From assembly GCA_038063895.1 (NCBI GenBank), contig JBBTUG010000012.1, forward strand, positions 14,165-78,164: DNA of 64,000 nt, written 5' to 3'. The notes under the pieces were generated by a model, which was not told the origin of the DNA, did not search any database, and was given only the letters and a program-made list of their open reading frames with translations. The position numbers and the translations under genes are program-made. Numbering within the stretch: the first letter of the stretch is position 1; each line of letters opens with the position of its first letter. This document shows, piece after piece, positions 37,893 to 47,754 of the stretch. The stretch comes from Patescibacteria group bacterium (lineage in GTDB: Bacteria > Patescibacteriota > WWE3 > JAMCXX01 > JBBTUG01).

Positions 37893-40106
37893 ATGACCGA
37901 AGACACTAATCATTCCCCAGTCTATTATTGTCCGATGCACCCAATAGTTCGGGAAACTAAACCCGGAACCTGTCCTGAGTGCGGGATGTATTTAGTTAAG
38001 GAAAAGCCCAAGGCAGAAAAAATAGTGACCGCAAAAGACGCGCTTTATACTTGCCCGATGGATCCGGAGATAATTCGGGAACAGCCGGGTAACTGCCCTA
38101 AGTGCGGGATGAAACTGGTTCCTCTTTCGGGCGGGCACGGTACCGGACATGAAAGTCACGCCTCCGCCGAATTTGATTTCCGACGGCGGTTTTTTATTAC
38201 TCTCCCGCTGGTTATTTTCACCATCCTTTTGTCGCCCAACATCCAAAAATGGTTCGGTTTTAACGTTCAGTTTCCCGGTATTGAATCTTTAACCTTCGCG
38301 GCCGGCACGCTTATTTTCTTCTACGGCGGTTTGCCCTTTTTCAAGGCGGGGAAAGGCGAGATTCTGGCTAAAAATCCAGGAATGATGACGTTAGTCGCTT
38401 TTGCCATTACGGTCGGCTACACCTTTTCGGTCGCCGCGACGTTTCTTTTCCCCGGCGAGTCACTGTACTGGGAAATCAGCACATTAATCTCCGTCTTTCT
38501 GCTCGGTCATTGGTTGGAAATGCGCTCAGTCAGGGGAGCGACCGGCGCTCTGGCGGAGTTAGCCAAACTAATTCCCCCTTCCGCCCACCTTCTTCGGGAC
38601 GACAAATCGGTTGACGTTCTCACGGAAACGCTAAAGATCGGCGATCTTATTTTGGTCAAACCCGGGGAAAAAATTCCTGTCGACGGAGTCGTCGTCAGCG
38701 GAGAAAGTTCGGTGAATGAAGCAATGGTCACCGGCGAGTCGCGGCCGGTCGTCAAAAAAATGAATGAGAAAGTTATCGGCGGCACGATTAACCAGGACGG
38801 TTCGTTAACGGTCAGGGTCGCGAAAATCGGGGCTGAGACGGCGATCGCCCAAATAATGAAACTCATCCGCGAGGCCCAAGCATCCAAACCCAATGTGCAA
38901 CTTCTGGCCGACAAGGCCGCTAACGTTCTCACTTTTGTCGCCATATTTGCCGGAGCCGGCTCTTTTTTATACTGGTTTACACTCTCGCCCCACGGGGCCG
39001 TCTTTGCCGCCACTCTAGCCGTTTCCGCCATTGTCGTCGCCTGTCCGCATGCCCTCGGCCTGGCCATCCCCGTCGTCACCACCATCACCTCCACGTTGGG
39101 AGCAAAAAATGGAATCCTCATTAAGGAAATGAAGGGGTTGGAGATTGCCCGGAAAATCGATTACGTTGTTTTCGATAAAACCGGCACGCTGACCCGCGGG
39201 CAGTTCGGTGTGGAAAAAATTATTCCCGCCGGGGCGGAATCCGTTTCCGAAGAAGAGCTGTTAACTCTCACCGGCGCGGTTGAAACTTTATCCCAACATT
39301 CAATCGCTCAGGGCATCGTGGAAGAAACAAAAAATCGGAGACTGACTCTTCCGGCGGTAACCGGCTTCAAGTCTTTTCCCGGGAAAGGGGCGGTTGGCAC
39401 TGTCAACGGGAAAAATATTGCGGCCGGAAACTTATCGCTTCTTAAAGAGCTGGGTGCGGTGGGCACGGAAAGCCTGGTAAAACTACAAGGAAAAACGGCG
39501 GTCTACGTCGCAGTTAACAACACTTTTCAGGGCATTATCTATTTGGCGGATATCATCCGCACGGAATCGAAAACCGCCGTGAAAAGGCTCCACCAAATGG
39601 GAATAAAGACGGCTATCCTGACCGGCGATACCCGGGATGTTGCGGAGGAAGTCGGACGGGAGCTGGGCGTCGATACCGTCTTTGCCCAGGTGTTACCTGA
39701 CGACAAAGTTAATAAGATCAAACAGCTGCAGCAGGAAGGGCATATCGTCGCCATGGTCGGCGACGGGGTTAACGACGCGCCGAGCCTCACGCAGGCCCAC
39801 GTCGGCATCGCCATCGGTGCCGGAACGGACGTCGCCGTTGAATCGGCGGATATCGTTCTAATGAAAAACAATCCTCTGGATGTGGTTAAGGCTATCAACC
39901 TTAGCCGAAAAACCAACGAGAAGATGGTGCAAAACCTGATTTGGGCGACCGGCTATAACGTCTTGGCCATTCCCACTGCCGCCGGTGTCTTTTATCCCGC
40001 CTTCGGCATCCTTCTCCGTCCCGAATGGGCCGCTCTTTTAATGAGCGCCTCCTCAATCATTGTTGTCTTCAACGCCTTACTCTTAAGGAAAACCAAATTA
40101 GAATAA
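37893..40106 (+). CDS. Copper-translocating P1B-type ATPase (CopB-like, CPH)
   Basis: Two YxCPM(H/D)P...CPxCGM domains, TGES, ACPHALGLA, DKTGT, GDGVNDAP, YN and MSAS ligands. Confidence 0.95.
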   Translation: MTEDTNHSPVYYCPMHPIVRETKPGTCPECGMYLVKEKPKAEKIVTAKDALYTCPMDPEIIREQPGNCPKCGMKLVPLSGGHGTGHESHASAEFDFRRRFFITLPLVIFTILLSPNIQKWFGFNVQFPGIESLTFAAGTLIFFYGGLPFFKAGKGEILAKNPGMMTLVAFAITVGYTFSVAATFLFPGESLYWEISTLISVFLLGHWLEMRSVRGATGALAELAKLIPPSAHLLRDDKSVDVLTETLKIGDLILVKPGEKIPVDGVVVSGESSVNEAMVTGESRPVVKKMNEKVIGGTINQDGSLTVRVAKIGAETAIAQIMKLIREAQASKPNVQLLADKAANVLTFVAIFAGAGSFLYWFTLSPHGAVFAATLAVSAIVVACPHALGLAIPVVTTITSTLGAKNGILIKEMKGLEIARKIDYVVFDKTGTLTRGQFGVEKIIPAGAESVSEEELLTLTGAVETLSQHSIAQGIVEETKNRRLTLPAVTGFKSFPGKGAVGTVNGKNIAAGNLSLLKELGAVGTESLVKLQGKTAVYVAVNNTFQGIIYLADIIRTESKTAVKRLHQMGIKTAILTGDTRDVAEEVGRELGVDTVFAQVLPDDKVNKIKQLQQEGHIVAMVGDGVNDAPSLTQAHVGIAIGAGTDVAVESADIVLMKNNPLDVVKAINLSRKTNEKMVQNLIWATGYNVLAIPTAAGVFYPAFGILLRPEWAALLMSASSIIVVFNALLLRKTKLE

Positions 40107-40130
40107 ACGGGAGGGTGGTGAAATAGAAAG

Positions 40131-40349
40131 ATGATGCGATACCTTAACGACGACAGTTTCAATTGGATGATGGGCAACGGTTGGGGAATGATGGCCGGCT
40201 GGGGGATCCTCGGTTGGATCAGTCTTTTCCTTTATTGGACGTTGATGGTTTTGGGAATTATGGCCTTAATTAAATTCCTGACCGGTGACTGTCGAAAAAA
40301 AGATCACTGCTGCCGTAATCACAAAGAAGACCACCACAATCAATCTTAA
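40131..40349 (+). CDS. Small Met/Gly-rich membrane protein with Cys/His tail
   Basis: SD GGAGG; WMMGNGWGMMAGWG, one TM, CRKKDHCCRNHKEDHH. Confidence 0.7.
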   Translation: MMRYLNDDSFNWMMGNGWGMMAGWGILGWISLFLYWTLMVLGIMALIKFLTGDCRKKDHCCRNHKEDHHNQS

Positions 40350-41794
40350 TTAAAGATCATTTCCTCAACGGGTTTAAGCCGGGCCAGACAAAGCTCTTTA
40401 CCCAAAATCTCCATCGATTCCCACAGCGGCGGACTAATTTTCTTGCCGGTAATGGCTAAACGGACCGCCATTAAAAAGTTCTTGCCGGGTAGGCTTTGTT
40501 TCTCAATAAAGGCGCGAACGCCGTCATTCATACTCTCTTTTGTCCATTGGCACTGAATGAGTTCGGCCTGCAAACCGGTCCAGCTGTCCTTATTGAAACT
40601 CACCAAGCCGGTAAAGTCGGCGGGGGTCAGGGAAACCGGACCAAAGAAAAAGTCAGTCCAACTCTCAAACTCTTTCAGAGTTTTTATCCGCTCTTTAATT
40701 AAGGGCAGAATCTTCAGCACCAGTTCGTGATGAGTTTCGAGCTTCGCGGTAAGGTTCTTATTATCCGTTTCTTTGGCAAAACGGACCAAGCGGCCGTAAA
40801 GGTCCGTGTTTGTCATTCCCCGTAGATACATTCCGTTGAGCCAATAAAGTTTCGGTAAATCAAAGATGGCCGCCGCTTTCCGTAAATCTTCCAGCCGGAA
40901 ATCCTTAATCATCTCCGCCAGGCTAAAAACCTCTTTTTCACCCCTAGGACTCCATTCTACAAGGGCGAGAAAGTTAACCACTGCTTCCGGCAAAAACCCC
41001 TCATCCCGGTACCAAAAGATGGAGGTGTGGCCCTGGCGTTTACTGATTTTGCTACCGCCGGGGTTTTTCAGCAGAGGCAAATGAATCCAAACCGGCTCGG
41101 ACCAACAAAGCATTTCGTAAAGGAGAACGTGTTTCGGGGCGGAGGGCAACCACTCTTCCCCGCGGAAAACGTGGGTAATTCCCATCAGGTGGTCGTCAAC
41201 AACTAGGGCCAGATGGTAGGTCGGAAAGCCGTCGGATTTTAATAAAACCTGGTCATCAATTTGAGCGCTCTCGAAGTTCACCGGGCCGCGCAAAAAGTCA
41301 TTCACCGTGATCGTCCGATTATCCGGCACCCGCAGACGGATTACGGACTGCTCTCCCCCCGCGACCCGCGCCGCCGCCGCTTCCGGAGAAATATTCGAAC
41401 ATAAGCGGTCGTAGCGCGGCGGGAGGTGATTTTTTTCCTGCTCAGTCCGAAGTTGCGTTAACCTCTCCGCAGAACAGAAACAGTAGTAAGCGTGGCCGGC
41501 TTCAACTAACTGCCGGGCATATTTAGTATAAAGAGCCAACCGCTCGGATTGGCGGTACGGACCCGATGAACCCGCTTTTTCCGGACTCTCGTCGGGGGCA
41601 AGCCCTAACCAGTCCAGCGATTCGTAAATAACCCGTTCTGAACCCGGCACAAAACGCTTAAGGTCAGTATCTTCAAGCCGCAAAAGGAACCTACCTTGAT
41701 TTTTTTTCGCCCAGACATAATCGAAAAGCGCCTGGTACGCCGTCCCGACGTGGGGAAAACCCGTCGGTGACGGAGCCACCCGTGTAATCACCAT
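40346..41794 (-). CDS. gltX: Glutamate-tRNA ligase
   Basis: TRVAPSPTG.PHVG, RLEDTD, PTYH, RGEEW, KISKR. Confidence 0.96.
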   Translation of the reverse strand: MVITRVAPSPTGFPHVGTAYQALFDYVWAKKNQGRFLLRLEDTDLKRFVPGSERVIYESLDWLGLAPDESPEKAGSSGPYRQSERLALYTKYARQLVEAGHAYYCFCSAERLTQLRTEQEKNHLPPRYDRLCSNISPEAAAARVAGGEQSVIRLRVPDNRTITVNDFLRGPVNFESAQIDDQVLLKSDGFPTYHLALVVDDHLMGITHVFRGEEWLPSAPKHVLLYEMLCWSEPVWIHLPLLKNPGGSKISKRQGHTSIFWYRDEGFLPEAVVNFLALVEWSPRGEKEVFSLAEMIKDFRLEDLRKAAAIFDLPKLYWLNGMYLRGMTNTDLYGRLVRFAKETDNKNLTAKLETHHELVLKILPLIKERIKTLKEFESWTDFFFGPVSLTPADFTGLVSFNKDSWTGLQAELIQCQWTKESMNDGVRAFIEKQSLPGKNFLMAVRLAITGKKISPPLWESMEILGKELCLARLKPVEEMIFN

Positions 41795-41841
41795 TATGTC
41801 TTCATCTTATCATCTACAATGCTATACTGAAATGGAGTACT

Positions 41842-42948
41842 ATGGCCTCGCTAACAGAAACTGCTCATCTTCTCCGGAGAGGATTAATTTTTAGCGTCCT
41901 TCTCATCCTCGCTTATTTCGTGATTAGTTTCGGTTCGGGGCTAATTTCCGGGCTGGTTTCCCCAGGCGGCGGCAAGCAGATAATTAAAGCGGAAGTGCGT
42001 TTTGGCAAACTCCCCTTCCTGCATCTTGGAGGGAAACAGGCCACCCCGAAAAGCGAAGCAACGGCCTACGTTTTAGAAACCGTTACCGGGAACTTCCCTC
42101 AAACCCCGTCAATGCTGCCGGTTTTTCCTCTTCAGGAACAACCGGTGGATATTCTCGCCAGCGACGAGGCTATTAACTTGGCCTTGAATCTCGGGTTTCC
42201 TAATGATCCTAAAGTCCTTTCACCAACTGAGTATCTTTGGGAAATGTCCGAGCAGACACTGCGGATGAATATCCTGACAAAGAATTACGCGGTTAACCCT
42301 AAATACGAAGTAATCTTCCCGAAAGGAAAACTCACGGACGCCACCGCGATAATGAACAACGCCAAGGTGGCCATCGGGACCGGCCGGGGTCTGGACACCA
42401 GTTTCACCGATAATCTTATCTCAATCTCCCTTTTACGCCGCGAAGGCACCGAGCTGAAGCTAGCCCCCAGCCCGCTAGAAGCGGAAGTCGCCCGCGTGGA
42501 CTTTTTCCGGAGTGTGGAGGTAGATAAGCAGGAATATCGGTTACTCACCGGACACCCGCAGGAGGCGTTAGTCTATCTGCTCCTCGGCGGGGGGAAAGGG
42601 CAGCCATTTCTGAAAAACTATGTCACCTGGAACTACGATTTCAAACGGGGCGCCACCTACCCTCTGCGGACGCTCAGTAATGCCTGGGAAGAAATTAAGT
42701 CCGGACTGGGAACAATAACGCTTCTTCTCGGAAAGAACGGTAATTATATCAAGACGGTGAATTTGCCGGAAATAAAATCTATTACTATCCGCCAAATTGA
42801 AATTTCCTACTTCGATGAAGAGATAATGCAAAACTTTCTCCAGCCGGTTTACGTTTTTTCCGGTCAGGCTGACTTAACCAACAATGAGCGGGTGGAAATT
42901 ACTATCTACGCCCCGGCGGTTGATCCGGATTGGATAGTCAAACAATAA
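41842..42948 (+). CDS. Membrane-anchored hypothetical protein
   Basis: N-terminal TM, FGKLP, TYPL...AWEE, LQPVYVFSG. Confidence 0.75.
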   Translation: MASLTETAHLLRRGLIFSVLLILAYFVISFGSGLISGLVSPGGGKQIIKAEVRFGKLPFLHLGGKQATPKSEATAYVLETVTGNFPQTPSMLPVFPLQEQPVDILASDEAINLALNLGFPNDPKVLSPTEYLWEMSEQTLRMNILTKNYAVNPKYEVIFPKGKLTDATAIMNNAKVAIGTGRGLDTSFTDNLISISLLRREGTELKLAPSPLEAEVARVDFFRSVEVDKQEYRLLTGHPQEALVYLLLGGGKGQPFLKNYVTWNYDFKRGATYPLRTLSNAWEEIKSGLGTITLLLGKNGNYIKTVNLPEIKSITIRQIEISYFDEEIMQNFLQPVYVFSGQADLTNNERVEITIYAPAVDPDWIVKQ

Positions 42949-42956
42949 AGTAACCT

Positions 42957-44060
42957 TTACCGCCAGCGGTAGACGGAATATATCCACTCCAGAACAGTTT
43001 TCGTCTCCCCAAAACGGTCGCCGCTGCCAAGAATTATCCCAACAATTTCGTGTCCGCCACGATTAAACAGGGAAATGAAACAGCCTCCCGCCCGCAAGGT
43101 ATAGCCGGTTTTAATCCCGCTAATTCCCGAATAGGACTTCAGCAGGTCGTTGGTGCTGACGAGCTTGTGGGAAAGTCTCCCGTCGGTGGAAGTTAATAAA
43201 ACCTCTGGCAGGGAAACCACTTGCCGTAAAAATTCATCTTTTAAAAAAGCTTTCGCTAAGATCAGCAGATCCGCCGCCGTACTGTAGTGCTGGTCGTCAG
43301 ACGTTTCGTCCAGCCCAATTGGATTGGCAAATTTTGTCTCCTTCATCCCTAAACTTTCCGCCTTCATATTCATCCCGGCCACAAAATCAGTTACGGTTGT
43401 TTTGTGGGTTGAGAGCGCGCAGGCCGCGTCGGAAGCGGAAAAAACCAACAGACCGGTGAGAAGACTTCTGGCGCTCAGTGTTTCACCGGCGATCAGTCCG
43501 ATTTTCTGGCTGTCGGGTAAAACCAAGCACTCCGGCGGAACGATAATTTCCTCGTCCAAAGGGTAGCTCTCGACCGCGACCAGAGCCGTCATCATTTTCG
43601 TCAAAGACGCCGGCGGCAATTTTCTAAGCGGGTTTATTTCAAAAAGTGTCGCGCCGCTTTGGAGGTCGAAAAACAACGCGGCCTTAGCGGTCAGAGTGGG
43701 AAGGTCGGGGCTGTCAGGAATCCGTTCTGGATTTCTTGATAGCGGCGCCTCGGCGAGGGTTTTAAAAGTACTAGTGCCTTTAACCACTCCGGGCTCAACC
43801 TCAGGCACAGAGGGTAACGAAGCGTTATCAACTTTACTCTCCGCTAACTGACTGAAACGGCTCTCTTTTTCGCCTTTTAGCAAAGACGAAGAGGAAGCAA
43901 CTGGGGAAGAGCTAACAATCAGAACTGCCAAAACAAAACTAGGAACAATCCTTCGCCAGGGAAAGCTGTTTAAAGGATAGGCCTGCCGGATTTTTAGAAG
44001 ACCGACTTTCAATTGGCGGTATTTTTTACGGATGGAGTATTCAACGTCCTGGGCGAGCAT
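42957..44060 (-). CDS. D-alanyl-D-alanine carboxypeptidase-like serine peptidase (S11)
   Basis: PASLTKMMT (SxxK), FANPIGLD, GIKTGYT; second motif reads SASD; start uncertain. Confidence 0.88.
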   Translation of the reverse strand: MLAQDVEYSIRKKYRQLKVGLLKIRQAYPLNSFPWRRIVPSFVLAVLIVSSSPVASSSSLLKGEKESRFSQLAESKVDNASLPSVPEVEPGVVKGTSTFKTLAEAPLSRNPERIPDSPDLPTLTAKAALFFDLQSGATLFEINPLRKLPPASLTKMMTALVAVESYPLDEEIIVPPECLVLPDSQKIGLIAGETLSARSLLTGLLVFSASDAACALSTHKTTVTDFVAGMNMKAESLGMKETKFANPIGLDETSDDQHYSTAADLLILAKAFLKDEFLRQVVSLPEVLLTSTDGRLSHKLVSTNDLLKSYSGISGIKTGYTLRAGGCFISLFNRGGHEIVGIILGSGDRFGETKTVLEWIYSVYRWR

Positions 44061-44067
44061 TAGTTCT

Positions 44068-45423
44068 TTAAGAAGGTGTCGGGCCCTCAATAACCGGTCC
44101 GAGGCGGAAATCAATGCGTTCCATATCGCGGGGAAAAAGAGAGGCTTCCCGGACATTGGTCAGATTTAAGAACTGCTTGGTCAGCCGTTCCAGACCGAAA
44201 GAAAACCCCCCCTCCGGAGGCATTCCATATTTAAAAGCCATTAAGTACATTTCATAATTTTTCGGGTCCATTCCGTGCTCGGCAATAGCGGCCACCAGCT
44301 GATTGTAGTCGTTTATCCGTTGCGAACCGCTGAGAATCTCCAAACCTCGGAATAAAAGGTCAAAGCTCAGACTGAATTCGGGCTCCTCGGGATCCGGCCG
44401 GGTATAAAACGCGCGTTTCTTTGTCGGATAGTGGGTCACGGTGACAAAATCGCTTTCATATTTTTGCCTCGCCCAAGAACAGATATCAACCTCGTCCTGC
44501 GGACTTAAATCTTTTTCGCCCCTGACGTCCCGTCCGAACTCTTTGAAAATAATTTCCTGAACTTCGTGCATTTTAAACCGGGGAATTTTCCCGTAAAAGG
44601 CTTTTGGAACTTTAAACATTTCTAAAATGGCGGCATCTTTCGCTTCGACCGCTTTCAGCATCGAGGTTCCGACGGTTTCCAGGTAATCCAAAAGGGTCGT
44701 AAAATCTACGAAGCCGAATTCACAATCCATCTGGGTGGCTTCCGTCAGGTGGCGGGTGGTGACTGACGGCTCCGCCCGGTAGGCTTTCGCGACTGTATAA
44801 ACCCGCTCGAAAACCGGTACCACCATCTGCTTATAAAGCTGGGGGCTCTGGGTTAAAAAGGCTTTGTGGCCGAAATAGTCAACGAAAAATACTTCCGCGC
44901 CGCCCTCAGTGGCCGAGGCCGAAATTGTCGGCACAACAACTTCGGTGCACTCCAATTGTTGAGCGGCCTTTCTAAACGCATCTAAGATTGTCTCTTGGAC
45001 TTTAAAAATCGGCGCGACGGAAGCGTGGCGGAGAGTCAGACAGCGGTGGTCTAGAAGGGTCGGCAGTTCGAGGTTCAGCTCGGCACTACCCATATCAAAA
45101 GGCAAACTTTCGGCAACCGTTAAGATCTTTACCATTTCCGCTTTGACTTCAACCTTACCGGTCGGTAGGTTAGAGTTGACGGCTTTCGCTCAGCGCTCCA
45201 CAACGATGCCGGTAATCTCCACAGCATACTCCGCCCGCAGTTCCTCAACTTCCGGTTGTTTCGAGAGCGGATCGGTAAAAACTGCCTGAATGATTCCGGA
45301 CCGATCCCGTAAATCGATAAAAACAATTTTTCCGTGGTCGCGCCGCCGGTTAACCCAGCCGTTAAGCCTTACTTTCTCACCGATTTTTGTTGTTGCCGCT
45401 GCAGCTAAAGTCCTTTCCATCAT
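44068..45423 (-). CDS. aspS: Aspartate-tRNA ligase (short, non-discriminating/archaeal type) with an in-frame TGA at 45190-45192
   Basis: ORF-track pieces 45190..45423 and 44068..45135 share a frame: GWV.RRRDHG..FIDLRD...[17 protein letters not shown]...[36 protein letters not shown]. Confidence 0.9.
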
Positions 45424-45436
45424 AAAAACACTAACA

Positions 45437-45519
45437 GATCCCTCGTCGCTGACTCCTCGGGATTAACCTGCCTGCCGGCAGGCAGGTTCGGCTACCGTCC
45501 CGCTACGGCGGGGCGAGCC
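45437..45519. repeat. Composite REP-like palindrome cluster upstream of aspS
   Basis: Perfect 24-bp palindrome AACCTGCCTGCC-GGCAGGCAGGTT (45465-45488), hairpin CGTCCCGC-TACG-GCGGGGCG, and an ATCCC...GGGAT element similar to 6978-7002. Confidence 0.7.
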
Positions 45520-45547
45520 TCATTGAATATGCTATAATAATAAGTGA

Positions 45548-45570
45548 GCCCCTGAAAGGGGTTTTTTATT
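45548..45570. terminator. Hairpin terminator, possibly bidirectional
   Basis: AGCCCCT-GAA-AGGGGTT followed by a T tract on +; lies just after the stop of 45587..47683. Confidence 0.5.
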
Positions 45571-45586
45571 TACGGAATGAGTTTGG

Positions 45587-47683
45587 CTATCGCACAGCGG
45601 GCGTGCACATCTCTCCATCTGCAACAATACCATTAATATTGCTCTGAGCGGCACTTTTGAGGCACCGTAACATAGGATAATAAGAAGATAGCCACTCGTC
45701 GGGAGTAGAATCGGTCAGAAGATAATCGTAGAATAAAGTGAGATTTCGGTACACGTTTGGGAAGCGTGAGTTTGACTTAACGAGATCGCTACCCTCCCAG
45801 CGCCATACGTCTTTCCAGATTGTCCAGGAACGGGGCCCGGAACCGGTGGCATCCAGAGAGTAGGAGTAAATAATTTCTTTTATTCCGTCATCATTTAGGT
45901 CAGTCAATTGGGCGTGGCTGACTCCATTTATAAGTTTAAGCAATAATTTAAAGGATTCATTTTCCTGTGTATATAGATAAAAGGGATGAAACAGTCCCGT
46001 TCCGGAGACGAGATACTCAACCGCCACCTCCTTTTTTTGGTCACCGTTAAAATCTCCAACTTCCACCCATTGAACGTACTCCCCAGGTCCCTTAACTTCT
46101 CCACCAACCTCTTTTATTTCGTTATCTTCTAAAAAGTATTTAATCCTCCCCGAGTTATCAATAACGCTTAAACCTACGGCAGAATAAGGCACGTGTTTAA
46201 CGAAAGCGAGACGGTTTTCGCTATCCAATCTAGCGGTCTCGTTGATCTCATAAGCGGGGGCGGCTTTTGTAGATTCGCTAAGTACCAGTTCCGCCGTTTG
46301 TTTCACGTTGCTACCCTTAAAACTACCTCTCATGGCGGCCGATAAAATAGGAAAGGCTGAAAATATAGCGAGGAGTAATAAGAGAGACCAAAGTTTATAT
46401 CCGCTGGAGTCGGCACCATCCCGATAAACTTTGTAAACCTTTCTCTGGTAATCAGAATCGCCGCCGCCGTTGTAATCAGCGACGGCCTGTTCCCAAGACT
46501 TCCAAAATCTACCCCCGTTTTCCTTTATTCCCTGAGCTTTATGATAGAGCCAACGGACGCCCCAGCGAAGGCTCTCAACCGGCTCGTCGACCTTCGCATC
46601 TTTATATTCTAATACCGTTGTTTGACCATTAACCCACTCAAACTCCCTGGCGATTTTACCGGTATTCGGATCCGTCCAACCGTCATTTTTTAGCGTATGA
46701 ATCGCGGGGTTATTCTTATCCGCCACCTGCAGTACATCCGGGTAGGCCGGCTGTCCGGTTGGCGAAGTGCCAAAGCCCAGGCGACTTTCGATATAGGCAA
46801 CCGCTTTAATCAGATTGGGGTCCAGGGGAAGGGGCGGCGGATCCTCTTGGTCAAGGAACTGTCGATTCCAATTATTGACCACTTCAAAAATTTCACCGTC
46901 AAAACGGTTGTAATTTTCGCCTCGGACACCATTCTTGTATTGCTTGATAATTTTACTATCGGAAGTCTTTAATTCTAATCCCAGAGAGTTGATTGTCGGC
47001 GACTCGTCCGCCCAAAACTCCAGGTAATGAAGTCCTCCCGGGGAAAGGGCCTCACTAAATGTCTTCTCGGCGTTCCCCTTCCCGAAAAGAGTCTTTAAAA
47101 CACTTGAAGCAAAAATCCAGTTCTTGTGGAGGAGAGATAAATTGTTCTTTTTAATCTCGCCATCGACCACAACTTTTAAGTCATCACCATCGGGAAACCG
47201 CCATTTAAATGAGGCGCTGACTTTAAACGAAACTAAACCGACGTCGACCAAAACCACCGTAAGCCAGGGACGGGCTCCCGCCTTTTCCGCTGTTTCATTG
47301 AGATCAATAATTAAATTAGGAAAAGATTCGATTCTCTTTATTTCGGCTATTTCGACAAAGGCGCTATGATCAGGAATAAAGGAAAGGGTGTGAGCTCCTT
47401 CCTCGAGGAAAAGCACAAAAGAGATGGTCTGACGAGCGTTGTGCAGTTTCCCACCGGAAAAAGCGGCCGGAGAATCAAAAAAACGTTGGGGATTTTTCAG
47501 CTGAGGAAACGGTCTTTGATCTATCTTAAGCCGTAAATCTTCATCATCAGTTTCGTTTTGACCACGCTGTTTTTCACTTTTAACCCGGGCCGAAACGGAA
47601 AGGAGGTACCAGCCGGACGCGGTAATATTAAACCCCACGACAAAGATCTCATCTAATCTGACCGATTTTAGAGGCAGACTCAC
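45587..47683 (-). CDS. Large multidomain membrane protein with lysozyme-like/SLT domain and FG-GAP-like repeats
   Basis: DPNLIKAVAYIES, LQV, GVRWL, AVADYNGGG...Y.RKV; central TM; GDFNGDQKKEV and DLNDDGIKEI repeats. Confidence 0.7.
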   Translation of the reverse strand: MSLPLKSVRLDEIFVVGFNITASGWYLLSVSARVKSEKQRGQNETDDEDLRLKIDQRPFPQLKNPQRFFDSPAAFSGGKLHNARQTISFVLFLEEGAHTLSFIPDHSAFVEIAEIKRIESFPNLIIDLNETAEKAGARPWLTVVLVDVGLVSFKVSASFKWRFPDGDDLKVVVDGEIKKNNLSLLHKNWIFASSVLKTLFGKGNAEKTFSEALSPGGLHYLEFWADESPTINSLGLELKTSDSKIIKQYKNGVRGENYNRFDGEIFEVVNNWNRQFLDQEDPPPLPLDPNLIKAVAYIESRLGFGTSPTGQPAYPDVLQVADKNNPAIHTLKNDGWTDPNTGKIAREFEWVNGQTTVLEYKDAKVDEPVESLRWGVRWLYHKAQGIKENGGRFWKSWEQAVADYNGGGDSDYQRKVYKVYRDGADSSGYKLWSLLLLLAIFSAFPILSAAMRGSFKGSNVKQTAELVLSESTKAAPAYEINETARLDSENRLAFVKHVPYSAVGLSVIDNSGRIKYFLEDNEIKEVGGEVKGPGEYVQWVEVGDFNGDQKKEVAVEYLVSGTGLFHPFYLYTQENESFKLLLKLINGVSHAQLTDLNDDGIKEIIYSYSLDATGSGPRSWTIWKDVWRWEGSDLVKSNSRFPNVYRNLTLFYDYLLTDSTPDEWLSSYYPMLRCLKSAAQSNINGIVADGEMCTPAVR

Positions 47684-47754
47684 CTTACTATTATAAGACC
47701 TTGCTGAAAATGTAACAAGAGAAGTCGGCTCACACCTTTATAAGGTAAGGGGTT

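Noticed and set aside
45150-45192. Selenocysteine/SECIS reading of the aspS UGA
   Set aside because: The position is not a Cys site in AspRS, the hairpin is weak, and no sel genes are visible in the window.
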